32,000 bases of DNA from Desulfotalea psychrophila LSv54 (lineage in GTDB: Bacteria; Desulfobacterota; Desulfobulbia; Desulfobulbales; Desulfocapsaceae), in assembly GCF_000025945.1 (NCBI RefSeq), contig NC_006138.1:2700001-2732000 (forward strand), written 5' to 3'. The notes under the pieces are model-generated. The model had not been told where the DNA came from and did no database searches. It was given only the letters and a program-made list of their open reading frames with translations. The translations under genes and the position numbers were made by a program. Positions 30,148-32,000 of this stretch are shown here, piece after piece; the first letter of the stretch is position 1; each line of letters starts with the position of its first letter.

Positions 30148-31992
30148 CTATGATTTATTCGCAAGAACCTCTCTAACGCTTGCAGACAAGATCTTTTTAC
30201 CATATGGTTTCGTCATATATTTACTGATGCCCTGGACCTTAACATCTTCTGCAGAAACCTTAAAACTATAGCCGCTACAGAGAATAATTCGCATATCAGC
30301 CCTGACCTTTAATACCTCTTCGATAAGTTCTGTGCCAGACATATTGGGCATTGTCTGATCGGTAATAAGCAGATCAAAGCCATTGGCATCGGCCTTGAAA
30401 AGCTCAAGAGCCCTCTGACTACTGCTCTCGGAAACCACCCTATAGCCCATACCCTCCAACATATGCTGCCCCATCGTTAAGATAGATTTTTCATCATCAA
30501 CAAAGAGAATTCGTTCTGTGCCAGTGATGACCTCGGAGGAGCCCTCTATTTGCGGAGTCTCCTCCTCAGCCGTTACCGGCAAATATACGTTAAAGGAACT
30601 TCCCCGCCCCAAATCACTCTCTACGCTTATAAAGCCACTATGAATCTTAACAATCTCATGCACAAGGGCAAGGCCCATACCCGTACCCTTGCCAGCATCC
30701 TTTGTGGTATAAAATAGATCAAAGATCCGCTTAATTCTCTCCCGCCCCATACCCACCCCGCTATCTGTCACTGAGAGTTGCACATACTCCCCCTCTGCCC
30801 GGGCGCATGGCGTCGTTAGCGCAAGTTGATCGAAATCTGCATTATTAAGATGAACCCCTTGCATACGAACAACAACCTCTCCCCTATCCTCTATGGCATG
30901 CACGGCATTAATAACAAGGTTCATAACAAGTTGATGCAACTGCACAGGGTCCAGAAGAACAACACCACAGTCCGGAGAAATATCCTGGACAATAGAAATG
31001 CTGCTTGGTGTTGTGGAGCGAAGAAATTTCAGGGCCTCCCTGACCAGTAACTGCGGATGCACTGGCACCAATCTCATCTTTTCCTTACGACTGAAGCTCA
31101 GAATCTGCTTGATAAGACTCTTTGCCCGCTCAGAGGCCTTCAGCACCTCATCGATATTGGCAATGGCAGGATTACCCGCTGGGATATCCTCTCTAGCCAT
31201 TTCCGCATTGCCAAGAATAACTGCCAAAATATTATTAAAGTCATGGGCAATACCACCAGCCATGGCCCCAACCGTTTCCATCCTCTGGGCCTGACGTAAT
31301 TGCTCCTCAAGTTTGGCCTTTTCCGCCTCGATCTTTCTCTCGTGGCTGACATCATGAAGAATACAGTGTATCTTTTTACAAGAGTCATTATCAGCAGAAG
31401 AAATTCTGCCATCAATGGCCATAAGAACAGAGGCCCCATCCTTTTTAAGCACCTCAAGCTCTGCAGCCAATACCCCCCCCGTAGCCTTGACATATGAAAA
31501 TTTTTCTTCAAAGCATAATTGACCGGCAGGAGATAAAAAACCGATAAAAAATTTACCCAGAACCTCCCCTTTTTTATAGCCAAGATAATCCAACCAGGTC
31601 TGATTCACCTCAAGAAGAGCCCCTCTATCATCAAGTAACTGATAACCAATGGGTGCCTGCTCAAAAATATCTTTAAACCTCTCTATACTGTTCAAGAAAA
31701 ACATTTCAGCCTGCTTCTGTTCGGTTATATCGGTGCCAGAACAGAGTCTGCCCCTGACTGCGCCACTACTATCCCGCAACAAAATGCTATAAAAATCAAT
31801 ACTACGCATCTCCCCAGAACGGGTAACAATAGTTGTTTCATGGTTTTCAACAGCAATATCTTTGCGAAGAAGTAGCTGAAAAAATTCTTTCTTTTCATTT
31901 GAAGAAAAATGCTCAAACCAGTTAAGGCCTATGGCTTCATCCAAGCTAAGCCCTAAAATTTCACGGCCCTTTGCGTTGATCATGGTAATCAC
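30148..31992 (-). CDS. PAS domain hybrid sensor histidine kinase with C-terminal receiver (5' end probably beyond window)
   Basis: Two PAS-like blocks, HisKA GGIAHDFNNILAVILGNAEMA, HATPase VTDSGVGMGRERIKRIFDLFYTTKDAGKGTGMGLALVHEIV, REC ILFVDDEKSILTMG...DLLITDQTMPNMSG...MTKPYGKKIL. Confidence 0.94.
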   Translation of the reverse strand: MITMINAKGREILGLSLDEAIGLNWFEHFSSNEKKEFFQLLLRKDIAVENHETTIVTRSGEMRSIDFYSILLRDSSGAVRGRLCSGTDITEQKQAEMFFLNSIERFKDIFEQAPIGYQLLDDRGALLEVNQTWLDYLGYKKGEVLGKFFIGFLSPAGQLCFEEKFSYVKATGGVLAAELEVLKKDGASVLMAIDGRISSADNDSCKKIHCILHDVSHERKIEAEKAKLEEQLRQAQRMETVGAMAGGIAHDFNNILAVILGNAEMAREDIPAGNPAIANIDEVLKASERAKSLIKQILSFSRKEKMRLVPVHPQLLVREALKFLRSTTPSSISIVQDISPDCGVVLLDPVQLHQLVMNLVINAVHAIEDRGEVVVRMQGVHLNNADFDQLALTTPCARAEGEYVQLSVTDSGVGMGRERIKRIFDLFYTTKDAGKGTGMGLALVHEIVKIHSGFISVESDLGRGSSFNVYLPVTAEEETPQIEGSSEVITGTERILFVDDEKSILTMGQHMLEGMGYRVVSESSSQRALELFKADANGFDLLITDQTMPNMSGTELIEEVLKVRADMRIILCSGYSFKVSAEDVKVQGISKYMTKPYGKKILSASVREVLANKS

Positions 31993-32000
31993 CCCCGAGC

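Noticed and set aside
1-32000. CRISPR arrays, tRNA/rRNA genes, retron or DGR elements
   Set aside because: No regularly spaced direct repeats, no cloverleaf-like or rRNA-like conserved sequence, and no reverse transcriptase motifs (e.g. YADD) were seen.

Overview
This is a 32 kb chromosomal window from a Gram-negative anaerobe; the hydrogenase maturation genes and protein styles suggest a Desulfobulbaceae/Desulfotalea-like deltaproteobacterium, but that is inference only. Metabolic and housekeeping genes include a SAM methyltransferase, a TenA-family protein, an APC permease, a YjdF-like membrane protein, a TRM11-like methylase, uppP, a macrodomain protein, fumC, a C_GCAxxG_C_C protein, VF530, a phospholipase A2-like protein and a PAS hybrid histidine kinase. 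A compact minus-strand [FeFe]-hydrogenase operon (hydA-like, hydF, hydG, hydE; 13430-18733) sits in the middle. Two candidate defence modules flank it. (1) At 8902-12352 (-) are two overlapping DUF262 genes. One is DUF262 only. The other is DUF262 plus a C-terminal DUF1524-like EHYYPQ motif (GmrSD-like). (2) At 20198-24491 (+), in AT-rich DNA, are a McrB-like AAA+ protein with a long coiled coil before the motor domain and a McrC/DUF2357-like protein with a PD-(D/E)XK motif. The left part (1.7-3.8 kb) is a graveyard of IS5-like and IS630-like transposase remnants around a small hydrophobic ORF. Other non-coding signals include a ~187 bp palindromic element with imperfect terminal inverted repeats (18842-19028) and a divergent dispersed repeat pair (6.7-6.9 kb and 12.7-12.9 kb). 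No tRNA, rRNA or CRISPR array was recognised.
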